Below, piece after piece: positions 12,999 to 25,170 of a stretch of DNA of 64,000 bases (the stretch's first letter is position 1; each line of letters opens with the position of its first letter). The DNA is taken from assembly GCF_006345805.1 (NCBI RefSeq), contig NC_043002.1, forward strand, positions 49,910,001-49,974,000, given 5' to 3'. The notes below the pieces were generated by a model. That model worked only from the letters and a program-made list of their open reading frames with translations, ran no database searches and was not told the DNA's origin. The stretch comes from Octopus sinensis (lineage: Eukaryota). The translations under genes and the position numbers were made by a program.

Positions 12999-13144
12999 GA
13001 GGAAAAATTGTCTAAGAAAGCAGAAGGTAAGAGGGGGGTGGAGAGAAGGTGAGAAGGGAGTGACTGGTAGACGAGACGAGAGACAAATTAATTGAGATAG
13101 ACGTGAGAGAGAAATAGTTAAATGAATGAGGAATTTGAGTGTCA

Positions 13145-13194
<50 letters not shown>

Positions 13195-13437
13195 TAGAGA
13201 GAATGAGAAATTGATTGAGACAAGAGGGAGGGAAATGATTTAGTGAAGCAGACGAACGAGTGAATGAGTGAGAAATTGATTGAGACACCAGCGAGGGATA
13301 AATAAACTGAAAAAGACGAGATAGATACTTAGAAAGAGAGATTGAGAGATAGCATGGATAGAATAGATTGATATATGAATATATAAGGAGGAGTGGATAG
13401 ATAGAAAGATGAATATATATATAGAGAAGGAGAGTGA

Positions 13438-13478
<41 letters not shown>

Positions 13479-13539
13479 GAGGGATGATAGATATACAGGA
13501 ATGATAATAGACAGACAGATGTGTGTGTTTGTGTGTGTG

Positions 13540-13573
<34 letters not shown>

Positions 13574-13614
13574 GAGGGATGATAGATATACAGGAATGAT
13601 AATAGACAGACAGA

Positions 13615-13702
<88 letters not shown>

Positions 13703-14117
13703 GGGAGGGAGAAAGTTAGCTAAAGTGTGAAGCAAAGCTGAAGAGGAAAAGATGTCAGGTAAATTTGCAAGATAAGAGAGGAAGAAGGTACAAAGATAGA
13801 TAGACAGAGTGAATGACAGTGAGACGTAAACAGAAATTGACAGAAGCAGACGAGAACGAAAGAGTGACAGGGAAGGGAGTGACAGACGTAAACATAAATT
13901 GACAGAAACAGACGATCAAAATATAATTTGACAAAGGCAGACGTAAATACATACACACACATAAACACAAACACGCCAACACATACATATTTGTGTGTGT
14001 ATGTATGTATGCATGCACGCACGCATGCATATATATATATATATATATTTCTCTCTCTCTATCATATATATATATATATATTTCTCTCTCTCTCTATCAT
14101 ATATATATATATATCTC

Positions 14118-14153
<36 letters not shown>

Positions 14154-15288
14154 ATGATAGAGAGAGAGAGAGAGAGAAAGTTGACACATCTAGAAGAGAT
14201 GGAGTCAAATAAATGTTGAGTAGGTAATTACACAGATAAAGAGACTAAGAAGAGATAGACGGCTAATGATAAAAATCTCTCTCTCTCTCTTTCCACACAC
14301 TCACATATAAAAGATAGAAAAAGGAAAAGAGAGAAAGATACATGCGAGCGTGTGTGCGAGTGTGCGTGTGTGTGCGTGTGTGTGTGTGTATGCGTGTGTG
14401 ACAAGAGATATGAAAAGGAAACTGACAAGTGACTTAGATTGACAGAAGATAATGAAATATGGAGAGGATGAACGATTGGCAGAGAATGACAGAAACAGCG
14501 TATAGAAATTAGCGAGAGTACGAGAGAGAAGGAGAAAGTAAGTCAGAGAGAAAGAGAAAGAGAGAAAGAGGAAGTGAGAGAAAGAGAGACAGAGAGAGAG
14601 AATTAGAGTAGGCGAAAGACATTGATACGAGTGTGTGAGTGCGTATGCATGTGTGTGTGCGTAGGAGATTCTTATTCATAGGGGACTGATACAGACTGTA
14701 CTGAAAAACAAACTTAAATATAGGAGACAACAACGAAGCTTTAGATTTCTGGATGAGAAAAATTGGATGGGGAAGTTGTGATATTCATGTTTTTTCTTAA
14801 GACATATTAAAGAGAATTAAAGGAGACAATTCAATGAAAATCCAACTGGGAATCGAAACGGGACATCATATTTAGCACAAAAATAATGGTTTCTCTTTTG
14901 ATTTGGTCCATCAAATCCATGTTTTAAAAGAAGGAAGAAATGAATGGAAGGTGTGAATACATTGTTTACGTACCAAATGACATTAGCAGAATAACAGAAA
15001 TTTTAAGATCTTTATAATGTGCTGAAAAATGAAATATTAAATTGCGTGTACTTTGTACGCCGTCTTCGCTTTTTGATTTAAATTTCAAACCTGTCTCAAC
15101 TAAACTTAATCTAGAAGGAGTTGTCTTCCCTATGATAGTTGACCGCCGGAGGTAGATTACGTGAAAGAAGAAAATGGGTTCAAAGTTTCCGAATTGGAAC
15201 AGCCGAATGATCTCTGCTCACGGGGAGATTTGCTTCTTACTTCACAAAGGCCACTGTCTCTAGCTCCACAACACATGTCACTACTATA

Positions 15289-15800
15289 ATACCATATTTT
15301 CCGGGATACAATTCGAATTTTTCAGACCAAAATATACTCTTTTTCTCTTTTACTTGTTTCAGTCATGTAACTGTGACCATGCTGGAGCACCGCCTTTAGT
15401 CGATCAAATCGACCCCAGGATTTATTCTTTGTAAACCTAGTACTTATTATATCGGTCTCTTTTGCCGAACCGTTAAGTTACGGGGACGTAAACACACCAG
15501 CATCGGTTGTCAAGCGATGTTGGGGGGGGGGACAAACACAGACACACAAACATATACACACACCACATACGTATATACGACGGGCTTCTTTCAGTTTCCG
15601 TCTACCAAATCTACTCACAAAACTTTGGTCGGCCCGAGGCTATAGTAGAAGACACTTGCCCAAGGTGCCACGCAGTGGGACTGAACCTGGAACTATGTGG
15701 TTGGTAAGCAAACTACTTACCACACAGCCAATCCTACACCTATGAAAAATAAGCGGTACCTTAATGACTGAGGTCGACTTATACCTCAAAACGATTTATG
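15289..15800. mobile_element. pogo/Tigger-like DNA transposon end interrupted by a SINE
   Basis: TACCATATTTTCCGG start and GAGGTCGACTTATAC subterminal motif lie on either side of the SINE. Confidence 0.4.
15337..15741 (-). mobile_element. SINE family A, full length, near-consensus
   Basis: All modules present and CpGs retained. Confidence 0.9.
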
Positions 15801-16272
15801 AGAACCAAAAATTCCATGTGAAAAGCAGCAGGATTTGGAAAGGTTTGAATGTTTGCTCTATATGTTTATACTATATATGCTACAACGTCTTGCATGGCAG
15901 AATATAGGGCACTGCTGCTTGCTTCACAGGACATATATCCATTACTCTAATACTGTTTCTTGCTTTGCAACACCGAACAGACCATTGTAACAGTGATTCT
16001 TGTCCTACACAGCTTGTCCATCATTCCACTCACAGCATCTTGCCAACACGTGGTCTAAGCACTAGTCAGTCACTTTCTCACCTGCATTCTTACTTCTGAC
16101 TCACATGCCAGTCGACCAACGCTCCTTGTTGTGCAGGGCCCAACCACTAACAATATTTCCTGCCCTAAAAGGCGCACTCACCGCAATAAAACCTTCAACT
16201 TGACCTGTGTGGTTTCAACAAGGCTTACGTCGCACTAATGTATCCTTCATCTACAAATCGATATATCTGCTA

Positions 16273-17133
16273 TTTTTACTTGTTTTAGTCATTAGACTGC
16301 GACCATGCTGGAGCATCCCCTTGAAGAACTTTACTCAAACGAATCGACCCCAGTACTTATTTTTTTAAAAGCCTGCTACTGATTCTATCACTCTTTTGCT
16401 GAACCGCTAAGTTACAGAGATGTAAAAACAACAACACCAGTTGTCAAGCGGTGGTGAAGGGACAAACACAGACAAAAAGATATGCGCACATAAACACACA
16501 CACACACAACACACATATATATATATATATATATACGACAGGCTTCTTTCAAAAGGCTTTGGTCGGCTCGAGACTATCGTAGAAGACTCTTGCCCAAGGT
16601 ACCACGCAGTAAGACTGAACCCGAGACCATGTGGTTGGGAAGCAAACTTCTCACTACACAGCCACTCCAGCGTCTGATACCGAAATCTCAATCAACAACT
16701 TTAGAAAGGATATCGACGAGTAAAGTTTCGATATCGGATAAACTTCAGTATCTTTTATTTTTTACAGGATTCAGTCATTGGACTATGGCCATGCTGGGGC
16801 ATCGCCTTGAAGGGTTTTTGTTGAACAGATCAACCCCCAGCACTTATTTCATTTTCTCGGACTCTTTTGCCGAACCGCTATGTCACGAAGCCCGAAACAA
16901 ACAAGCATCAGTTTATCAAGTGATTGTGGGGACAAAGATAGAAACAAAGGCGCACGCGCGCACACAGACACAGTCACACACACGAATTTCCAAACAATAT
17001 TGTCAACCAAATCCACTCATAAGGCATTGTTCGGGCCGAGGTTATAGTATAAAGACACTTGCCCAAGGTGGGATAGAACCCTAAAACACGTGGTTGCGAA
17101 GCAAGCATCATAAACACACAGCCAAGCCTGCGC
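16273..17133 (-). mobile_element. Two tandem older SINE-A copies (16273-16670, 16760-17133)
   Basis: Diverged matches to the family A head and tail. Confidence 0.75.
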
Positions 17134-17159
17134 TTATGTATATGCAAGAAGGTTACTTA

Positions 17160-17531
17160 TCTCTCTATATATAAACGGCAGTTTGTTTGTGTGTGTTTCT
17201 GTGTGTCTGTCAGGTTGTACCCTCACCCTGACCACGGCTTTCAACCGATTCTGATGAAACTTGACACACACATAGCCCAATGTCATAATTCAAAACTAAC
17301 GCAGCGAAAATTTTGAAAAGTTCCCCCAGTTCTGAAAAAAATCGTTAAATTCGACATGGAGTCGAGAATCAGAAACACAAACCACAGACTGTCTAGGGGA
17401 CGCAACTCGACCTTTTTAACTAAAAAAAAATTTACCATCATTTTTTTCCCATTTTTTTGGCTATAACTCTCTAAAAATGCTTTATAGTTATTTCCCTTAC
17501 AAACCCGAGCAACGCCGGGCGATACTGCTAG
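17160..17531 (+). mobile_element. Non-autonomous Helitron
   Basis: A|TCTCTCTATATATAAA 5' end, GT-rich internal tract, 3' hairpin CCCGAGCAACGCCGGG and terminal CTAG|T. Confidence 0.88.
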
Positions 17532-18031
17532 TTCCTATATATATATATTCTCTTATTCTTTAATTTGTTCCAGTCATTTGACTGCGGCCATGCTGGAGTA
17601 TATATGTATGTAAAATAAAATCACACACATACACATTTTCCACTGAAGTTGATGAAACGTTCGCGTGCAGATCGGATTTATACTACGTAATCTCATCAGA
17701 AAATCCACACAAATACATCAATATTTAATTTTTATCATGATATTGTTTGACAACTGAAACAGACTATGTTGATTTTATTGTCATATCTCAAGGACCTTTC
17801 TCTTGAAAGGAAAAAAAAAAATACTTCAAGTCTGATTAATTTTCCTTCTCTACAAAAAGCAACTAAGGACCTATATTGGAGCATTGTTCGCAGAAATTGG
17901 GTTGATGCTGTTGCAATACATAGACATGCAAAATCGCAATAAAAAATAAGTAAAAATACGAGAAATAGAATTAAAGACCATCGAGATCCACTCACCAATA
18001 CGCTACAAGAATTATTCTACAGATACTCTGT

Positions 18032-19741
18032 AGGTAACTTCGTGGACACTCGACTTGCTAGAAGTAGTAATCTAATCTCATGTAAATCAATCTTAACCGA
18101 TTTAGCAAAAGAAACAACGGTTGTGTGTCCACTATATCTTTCATATTTTGTTATTGGACTGCGGTTATGCTGGGGCTCTATGTTGAAGGGTTTAGTCAAA
18201 CAGATTGATCCAAGAATGTGTGTGTGTGTGTCATTGGTAGTGATAGATATATGATAGATAGAATCCATAGTGCAGTGGAGTAACGACTGTGATTCGTTTA
18301 CTGGGAATGTGGATTTAAATCTAACCATGAGTACATTTCTTTCGTACGGAAATAAATGATGCAGCTCAGGGTATTGAGATTTGTGAAAGCTTTACCAACA
18401 CCATACCGTAGCTGAACAATATTATAGTAAGATTATATCATCGTTTTCATTCCACAGTTAAAATTGTTGACTTCTTGGCGTACAGAGAAAAATGATACAA
18501 ACCCTTTAGGTAAAAGAGGTGATACGTGTATAACAAAGTATAGAGTATTCAAAGATGTTTTTTCCAAGGAATGCCTAGGCAAATTTTATTTTATTTCAAG
18601 AATCAAATGTGTCACAAAAACCTTTTTGTTTTAACTGAAAGGAAATTATGTATTTCATGTCTCTCCATAAAATTCCAACAGTTTACAGTTTTAAAAACAA
18701 CAATGGAACTTATACGGGTGCCGTTAGTATAGATTTTATAGTTGCGTAATATATATTGCTTTCAAATTTTGATAGAAGGCCAGTAATTTCCGGGGTGGCG
18801 GTTAGTCGAACTGGTACTATTTCATCGATCCTGAAAGGATGAAAGGCGAAGTCGACTTCGGCGGAATTTGAACTCAGGACGTGCAGGTGGACGAAATGCC
18901 GCTAAGCATTTTGCCCGGGGTTCGATAAAATAAGTACCAGTTGAGTACTGGAGTCAACGTAATCGATATAACATTCCCCCGAAATTGCTGGCCTAGTGCC
19001 AAAATTTGAAATCAATACATACTAAGAAAGTGATAATGAAAAATGACATACAACAGTAGGAATTGTGTATGGGTGTATAGTATCACCTTAAACCGAAGTG
19101 GGCATTTAGAGAGGACCAATGCATCCACGTGGTTCTGTAAGCAAACCCGGACTACTAACCTTCTTTTCCATAATGGCCAGTGTGAACAGATTTTAATTAA
19201 CGCCGTGACGTTCATATTTTTGAAAATAGTCATGTTGTGACGTTCATAGTTTTTCACAGCCATCGGAGCGCGAAACGCTCCACACGAACGCATGTTCATG
19301 AGATGGCTGTGATTTATAAAAAGTTTTGAGTAGGAACCGGAAAGAAAAGTATGAACATGCAATGCGCATGTGCACACTGAATTCGTAAAATGAAAGAGAA
19401 TGATAATAACGCAATGCACATGTCAAAATGAAACGGAAGAGAGGAATAAAACAAATTATATGATGGTCTGCATACCACGTCTGGCAATTATATCAACTCG
19501 GCGGTTCGCCAAAAGAGATCAATAAAATAAGTACCAAACTTCCAATAAAGCGTAAATTCTTGGATCAATCTGTTTGACTAAACCCTTCAACATAGAGCCC
19601 CAGCATGACCTCAGTCCAATAACAAAATATGAAAGATATAATGGACACAGAACCGTTGTTTCTTTTGCTAAATCGGTTAAGATTGATTTACATGAGATTA
19701 GATTACTACTTCTAGCAAGTCGTGTGTCCACGAAGTTACCT
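18032..19741. repeat. 186-bp inverted duplication (arms 18032-18217 and 19556-19741)
   Basis: The arms are reverse complements with about 5 mismatches and include both SINE tail and non-SINE flank. Confidence 0.95.
18760..19011. mobile_element. Head-to-head pair of SINE-B copies
   Basis: A minus-strand copy (18760-18918) abuts a plus-strand 3' fragment (18920-19011). The outer tails are inverted repeats. Confidence 0.8.
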
Positions 19742-20899
19742 TTGCAGGTACGTTCTAGCAAATTATTTTGTCTGACTCTCTACTCTGACTTTGCAAATCC
19801 AATGGTCTTAGGTACTTACTTAATCAGTACCGAAAAGCAATGATGTCATCGCTGACGAGAGTTACACTCAGAAATGCAAGGCAACGAGAGGGACAGCGTA
19901 AAATGCGTTGAGTGTTGACACAGAGAGTAGCCTCAAGCTGTCAGAAGTAGGTGAATGTAACAGAAGTACGATGAGAAGTGGACTGGGAAAGAGGCCGGGT
20001 GTGAGTCAAAAGAAAAAAAGGTGAAGAGAAAAAGAGGTTAGTATTGAGAGAGGGAGTTAGAGAAATAGAAGAGGGTAGAGGGGCAAACGAAATATGGAGA
20101 AAGAAGAGAAACACAAGTAAATGGAGAAAGGGGGTAGAGAGAGAGGGGGAAAATAGAAGAGGATAGAAAGGTAAAGGAGGTAAACAAGATACAGGGAAAG
20201 AGAAGAAGCAGAAGCAAGTGGAGGAAGAGAGAGAAAGAGAGAGAAAAAATGGAAGAGAAGCTGAGGGGCAAAGGAGATTCAGAGAAAGAAAAGAAGCACA
20301 AACAAATGAAAGAGAGAGAGAGAGAGAGCAATTAGAAGACGGAGCTGAGTAAATGAGAGTGAAAGAGCTAAAGAAAGACAGCAACAGTGATAATGAAGCA
20401 GAGGAGGGAGAGACAGGGAGAAAGGAAGAACAATTATGAGAGAGATACACACAGAAAGACAAAAACAATTAAAAGTGATATATATATAGAGAAAAGGTGA
20501 GTAAACGGAAAGAGAACACAGAAGAACGAATGAGAGACCAAAGGAGGTGGGGGATAAAACAGATCGGGAAGATAAAAGAAGATAGTAAGAGAAGCAACTC
20601 GGGGCAGAGAGAGTAGGCGGAGGAGAGAGAGAGAGTAGAGAGAGAGTGAAGCATGAGCGAGTGAGAGTATGTGAGCAAGAGAGAAATAGAGAAAGAGAGA
20701 GAGTATATGTGCAAGAAAGAAAGAGAGAGAGAGAGGGATGAAGGGAGAAGAAGGGAATTTAAAATTACTGGAATAGAGAGAGGCATAGTGTGTGTGTGTG
20801 TGTGTAAGGCAAAGGATGTAGAGAAAGAGAAAAAGTGAGAAAGAGTAGCGAGAGAAAGAGAGTCAGAGAGAATGAGAAAGAGAGATAGTTGGAGAGAGA

Positions 20900-21075
20900 T
20901 TGCAGAGCAGCCAGTTTCAACTGACTGTTTGCAGTGTTGAACAAATACATTAGCAATAAAAGCGTTCGGTGATTGATGGTGACGTAGATAGGGTGGAGTG
21001 GCGCCATAAAGTCGGGCTTGACAGATGATTGACAGCCTGCACGGGAGGTGGGCGGACACCAGCAGTAAAATGTAG
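20900..21075. promoter_or_regulatory. Candidate Pbx/Meis/Hox-responsive intronic enhancer
   Basis: Unique island between microsatellites with TGATTGATGG (20970), GCCATAAA (21003), TGACAG (21019) and TGATTGACAG (21026). Confidence 0.5.
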
Positions 21076-21198
21076 GGAGTTCATATTATATATATATATA
21101 TTATAGATATATATATATATATAATATTTTATACTATAATATATATGTATATATATATATATAATATATATATCTATATATATTATATATCTATATAT

Positions 21199-21246
<48 letters not shown>

Positions 21247-21690
21247 TATATATATATATGTGTGCGTATGTATAATGAATTATAGGTGTTTACACGAACA
21301 AAATTGAAATATTCAATGCATACATAAGAGGGGAAATAGTGAAATACATATTACATGATATAGCTTAGTAATGATAATACATCGTGACTGGAAGTTTCAC
21401 GTTCTTAGATGTCCTAAATATTTTCAGGGCGTATTATGATCGTTCAGCATGAATTATGGGTCTTTCAACTCTTGATGGAGAACCAGACGCGTCGACGTGG
21501 CATACAACATGCCCTGGGCGCCCTTTAAAAACCCAGCGGAGCCCATCACTCTTTAACTGTACTAATACATACATACATACAACGATATAATGTGAACAAA
21601 ATTGCAGATAAAATCGTAGTTCAAAGTTTGAAATACATATAAGGCTCACTTTCGTATCTTAGTGTTAGTTTGAGACGACTGGCCGCAGAC

Positions 21691-22348
21691 CAGTATTTCT
21701 CAAATGCTTAACTTGTAACAAAATTTAATTTCCATTCACCTTGAAGAAAAAAAATCATCGAATATTCAATGAGAAAACATAACAGATGTACTAGTGCTTA
21801 ATTAACACGAAAAAAGGATCAGTAAATTCAAAATACACACGCTTTTTTAATGCTTGAATTAGTTTTGAACAGGATAGATGGGTTTGGTAAACATTGAGAA
21901 GATTAAGAAGATTAAGTTGCAGGTTAGTGAGTTTGAGTCGGACATCACCACATTCTACGTTTGGAGTACTTTCTGTCAGCTTAGTAAACTCAGATTCCAC
22001 AATATGCGAACTTGGAAAAAACTAGTAAAATAGGTTCAAAAGTTGCTCAAGATTTGAGGGTTTTTTGACACATTATTTTCTTTTATTTTGAAAAAATCTG
22101 GATCTTTTCGGTTGGAGCCAAATTGTTCGTTCATTTAAATAACCTGTACATTTTAAACGGGCTGCACGTGAACGAAACAGCACCAATGGACATCACACTT
22201 GATCAGATATTCTCGAAGGTGTGACGATATCTGGCAACCATTATATATTATTCAGTGATTTTTGTTCTGTTATAAAGGGATTTTTAAATGCAAACTAGTA
22301 AATCTAATCCCTGTGAACCCCAGAGCTTTAGTTATTCCTACAAAGAGA
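21691..22348 (-). mobile_element. hAT (Buster/SCAND3-like) transposase C-terminal remnant with 3' TIR
   Basis: Minus strand FPSSHIVESEF...NVECGDVRLKLTNLQ...YQTHLS resembles the FPSSYLVE.GFS...GDLRL.LTN..P...HQ.HPSH end of Buster-type hAT transposases. TIR-like CAGTATTTCTCAAA at 21691. Confidence 0.8.
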
Positions 22349-23143
22349 AAAGGCTAAAGGTCTATATAGATTACTTTGAGAAGTCCCAGCATAGTCAGAG
22401 TATATAAGCCTATTTCAAAGAAACTTCAAACAAAATACCAGAAGAAACAGCCGGGTTAAAAGCACAAAAACAAGTAAAAGGACTAACCGACAGAAATAGA
22501 AACAGTTAGTGAATAAAAATAGAAAATGGGTGAGTCGGAAAGTAGAAAAAAAAAGAAAAAAGAAAAACTAGAAAAGAAATGCTGAAAATCGCAGACGATA
22601 TTGTCAAAGCCAAATGATACTAAGAACTGGACAAGCAATTAAAAATACAAAAAGAACAAAAACCTATAGGGCAAAAACTGACTGGTAATCATTATTACAA
22701 ACTTTTCAAAGTTCGTTCGTGAAAAAAACCCAGCAACAACAGAAAACAAAAAAAGGAAATTGAGAGCAAAGATAAAGCAGAACATACAGAGGTGGTTGGA
22801 AAGACCACTTCAGACATGTTTAACACATCCATGCATACAGAAGCAATATCATTGGTGTTTATAGTTGTATCTGTATTTCTACTCGGTGTATCATGTGGGT
22901 TGGTATCCGCCAGCGATGAACGAGCGGGCGTGTGTGAGTGTTCACAGCTTATCTGAGTTGGCACAAAAGGGTCCGTGTGTATTAACCCCCACTGCTATGT
23001 GTGCACTGCTATGTGTGCACTGCTAACTGCACCTCTCTTTGCATATGATAGAACTGTGTACTCATAATTGTGTGTTTTGTTACCCCTACAGATCTATGTT
23101 CATATCAATATTCACACATGTATGTGTATGTTGTTACCCACAG

Positions 23144-23195
<52 letters not shown>

Positions 23196-23199
<4 letters not shown>

Positions 23200-23395
23200 C
23201 GGGAAGGTTTACGAAAATAAACAAAAGACGAAGGCAGGTGGAGTACAAACAAACAAATGTATTAGTATGGCGCTCAGGAATAGAAATAGAACAAGTCTTT
23301 TACGTTTCGAGCCTACGCTCTTCGACAGAAAGATACACAGAGAGAAACAAGGAGAGAAAAAAATGCGTGTAGGAGCTAACGATCTATCATGGCGT
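23196..23395 (-). mobile_element. Penelope-like element terminal (pLTR) fragment
   Basis: Inserted in a (TA)n tract and contains a minimal hammerhead-like fold, typical of PLE termini. Confidence 0.55.
23296..23333 (-). ncRNA. Minimal type I hammerhead-ribozyme-like motif (variant core)
   Basis: Minus strand TCTTT-CTGTCGA-A-GAGC(GTAG)GCTC-GAAA-CG-TA-AAAGA: stem I TCTTT/AAAGA, stem II GAGC/GCTC, palindromic ACGT stem III. The core is CUGUCGA instead of CUGANGA. Confidence 0.6.
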
Positions 23396-23585
23396 CCTGA
23401 CTTCGGGCAGCGGTCAGACGCTAGAGGGACAGTAGGGGAGGTAACAGGGTCAAGTGACTTCCAGCGTGTGTGTGTGTGTGTGTATTGGTACTGACAGTTG
23501 TACAAGTATGTTGTTACCAACAGCTGCATGTGTGTGTATATTGTTACCCGCAATTGTATGCATGTATTGTTACTCCAATATACAT

Positions 23586-23750
23586 AGGTGCAGGTGCGGC
23601 TATGTGGTAAGAAACTTGCTTCTCAACCACATGGCTCTGGGTTCAGTACCACTGCGCGGTACCTTGGGCAAGTACCTTCTACTATAGCATCGGGCCGTTC
23701 AAAGGCTTGTGAGTGGGTTTAGTAGACGAAAACTGAAAAGAAGCCCAGGG

Positions 23751-23829
<79 letters not shown>

Positions 23830-24051
23830 TGTGTGTGTGTGTGTGTCTTTGTGTCTGCGTTTGTCCCCCGCCATCACCGCTTGACAACCGATGTCGGTGT
23901 GTTTACGTCCCTGTGTCATAGCGGTTCGGCAAAAGAGAGCGATAGAATAAGTACCAGGTTTACAAAAAATAAGTCCTAGGGGGTCGATTTTTTCGACTAA
24001 AAGGCAGTGCTCCAGCATGGCCGCAGTGAAATGACTGAAACGAATAAAAGA
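23586..24051 (+). mobile_element. SINE family A, full length with expanded (TG)n
   Basis: Head, CORE-like segment, microsatellite and tail all present. Confidence 0.9.
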
Positions 24052-24245
24052 ATATGTGCGTGTATTGTTACTGACAACTACATGTGTGTTTCATGACACC
24101 AGCGATAATATGTTTGTATTGGTAACTACAAGTGTATGAGAACCTGCATATTACTACCCACATCTCTACATGTGTTCATGTGTGTTGGCAATTATGCTTG
24201 CACGTGAATGTTTCTCTTCTTATGACTGAAGATCGCTATGAGTTA

Positions 24246-24830
24246 CGAGGGTGAGCTGAAAAGTTCATAGGTTGATTATGAAGGAGTAATGTTAGAGCTG
24301 CGAAATTTTGCAAGCATTAATTGCAACTCTTATCAATACTTGCATTGTTTTCTTTCCAGGTAAACTGACATCTGACTGTTCAGAGAAGACTTCAAAAGTA
24401 TCTAGTAGCGACATCTCTTGAAAATGGACAAAATTTAGCATTATGGTATTATCAAGTACCTGCAGAGAAATGGTTTAGCCCCCAAGGACATTCATGCTAT
24501 AATGGTTGCTACATTAGGATTTAGTTTAACCCCCAAGGACATTCATGCTATCATGGTTGCTACATAGGATTTAGCTGAATTTAGGAGGGGAATAAAGAGT
24601 CTTGAAGATGACCAAAAGTCTGGACGTCGTGCAACTGCCACCACCGAGAATAACGTTGACCGTCTTCACCGTATGCTGATGGATGAAGGCGATTGACTAT
24701 AAATCAAATAGCCAATGAATGCTATTAGCATATCCCGTGAGAGGGTTGAAAATATTCTGCACAATGAACATGAAATGACGAAAGCTTCCGCTCGGTCGTT
24801 GTCATGTAGTCTGACGCTTGATCAAAAGTG
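24246..24830 (+). mobile_element. mariner transposon 5' remnant (pseudogenised transposase)
   Basis: TA|CGAGGG TIR start. From 24424: MDKI*HYGIIKYLQRNGLAPKDIHA...AEFRRGIKSLEDDQKSGRRATATTENNVDR...ISRERVENILHNEHEMTKASARSL...LTLDQK (mariner HTH and WVP-linker region). Internal ~50-bp tandem duplication. Confidence 0.9.
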
Positions 24831-24836
24831 ATCGCA

Positions 24837-25170
24837 TCTCTTTGTAGGAAGAAATAAAGCTCGATGGTTCACAGGGATAAGATTTACTAGTTTGCATTTA
24901 AAAATCCCTTTATAACAGAACAAAAATCACTGAATAATATATGATAGTTGCCAGATATCGTCATGTCCATTGGTGCTGTTTCGTCCACGTACAGTCCGTT
25001 TAAAACGTACAGGTTATTAAAATGAACGAACAATTTGGATCCAACTGAAAAGATCCAGATGTTTTCAAAATAAAAGGGAAAAAAATCTATCAAAATACCT
25101 TCAAACCTTCAGCAACTTTTGAACCTATTTATTAGTTTTTCCAAGTTCGCATATCGTGGAATCTGGGTTT
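24837..25170 (+). mobile_element. Second hAT transposase fragment, inverted relative to 21984-22348
   Basis: Reverse-complement match to 21984-22348 with a ~29-bp deletion. Confidence 0.85.

Noticed and set aside
15690-15741. tRNA gene
   Set aside because: A and B boxes are present but there is no cloverleaf, and the sequence continues into the SINE body. The same holds for all other heads.
21383-21432. Third hammerhead-like motif (CTGAAAA...GAAACT..AGTC on minus)
   Set aside because: Core G8 is lost and stem I is broken, too degenerate to call. The same applies to 17640-17700.
22788-22952. 165-nt minus-strand exon candidate (cag|ATAAGC...TCT|gtatgt)
   Set aside because: Open in phase 0, but in the phase 1 required by exon 1 it stops at the third codon. 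Weak donor and no recognisable protein.
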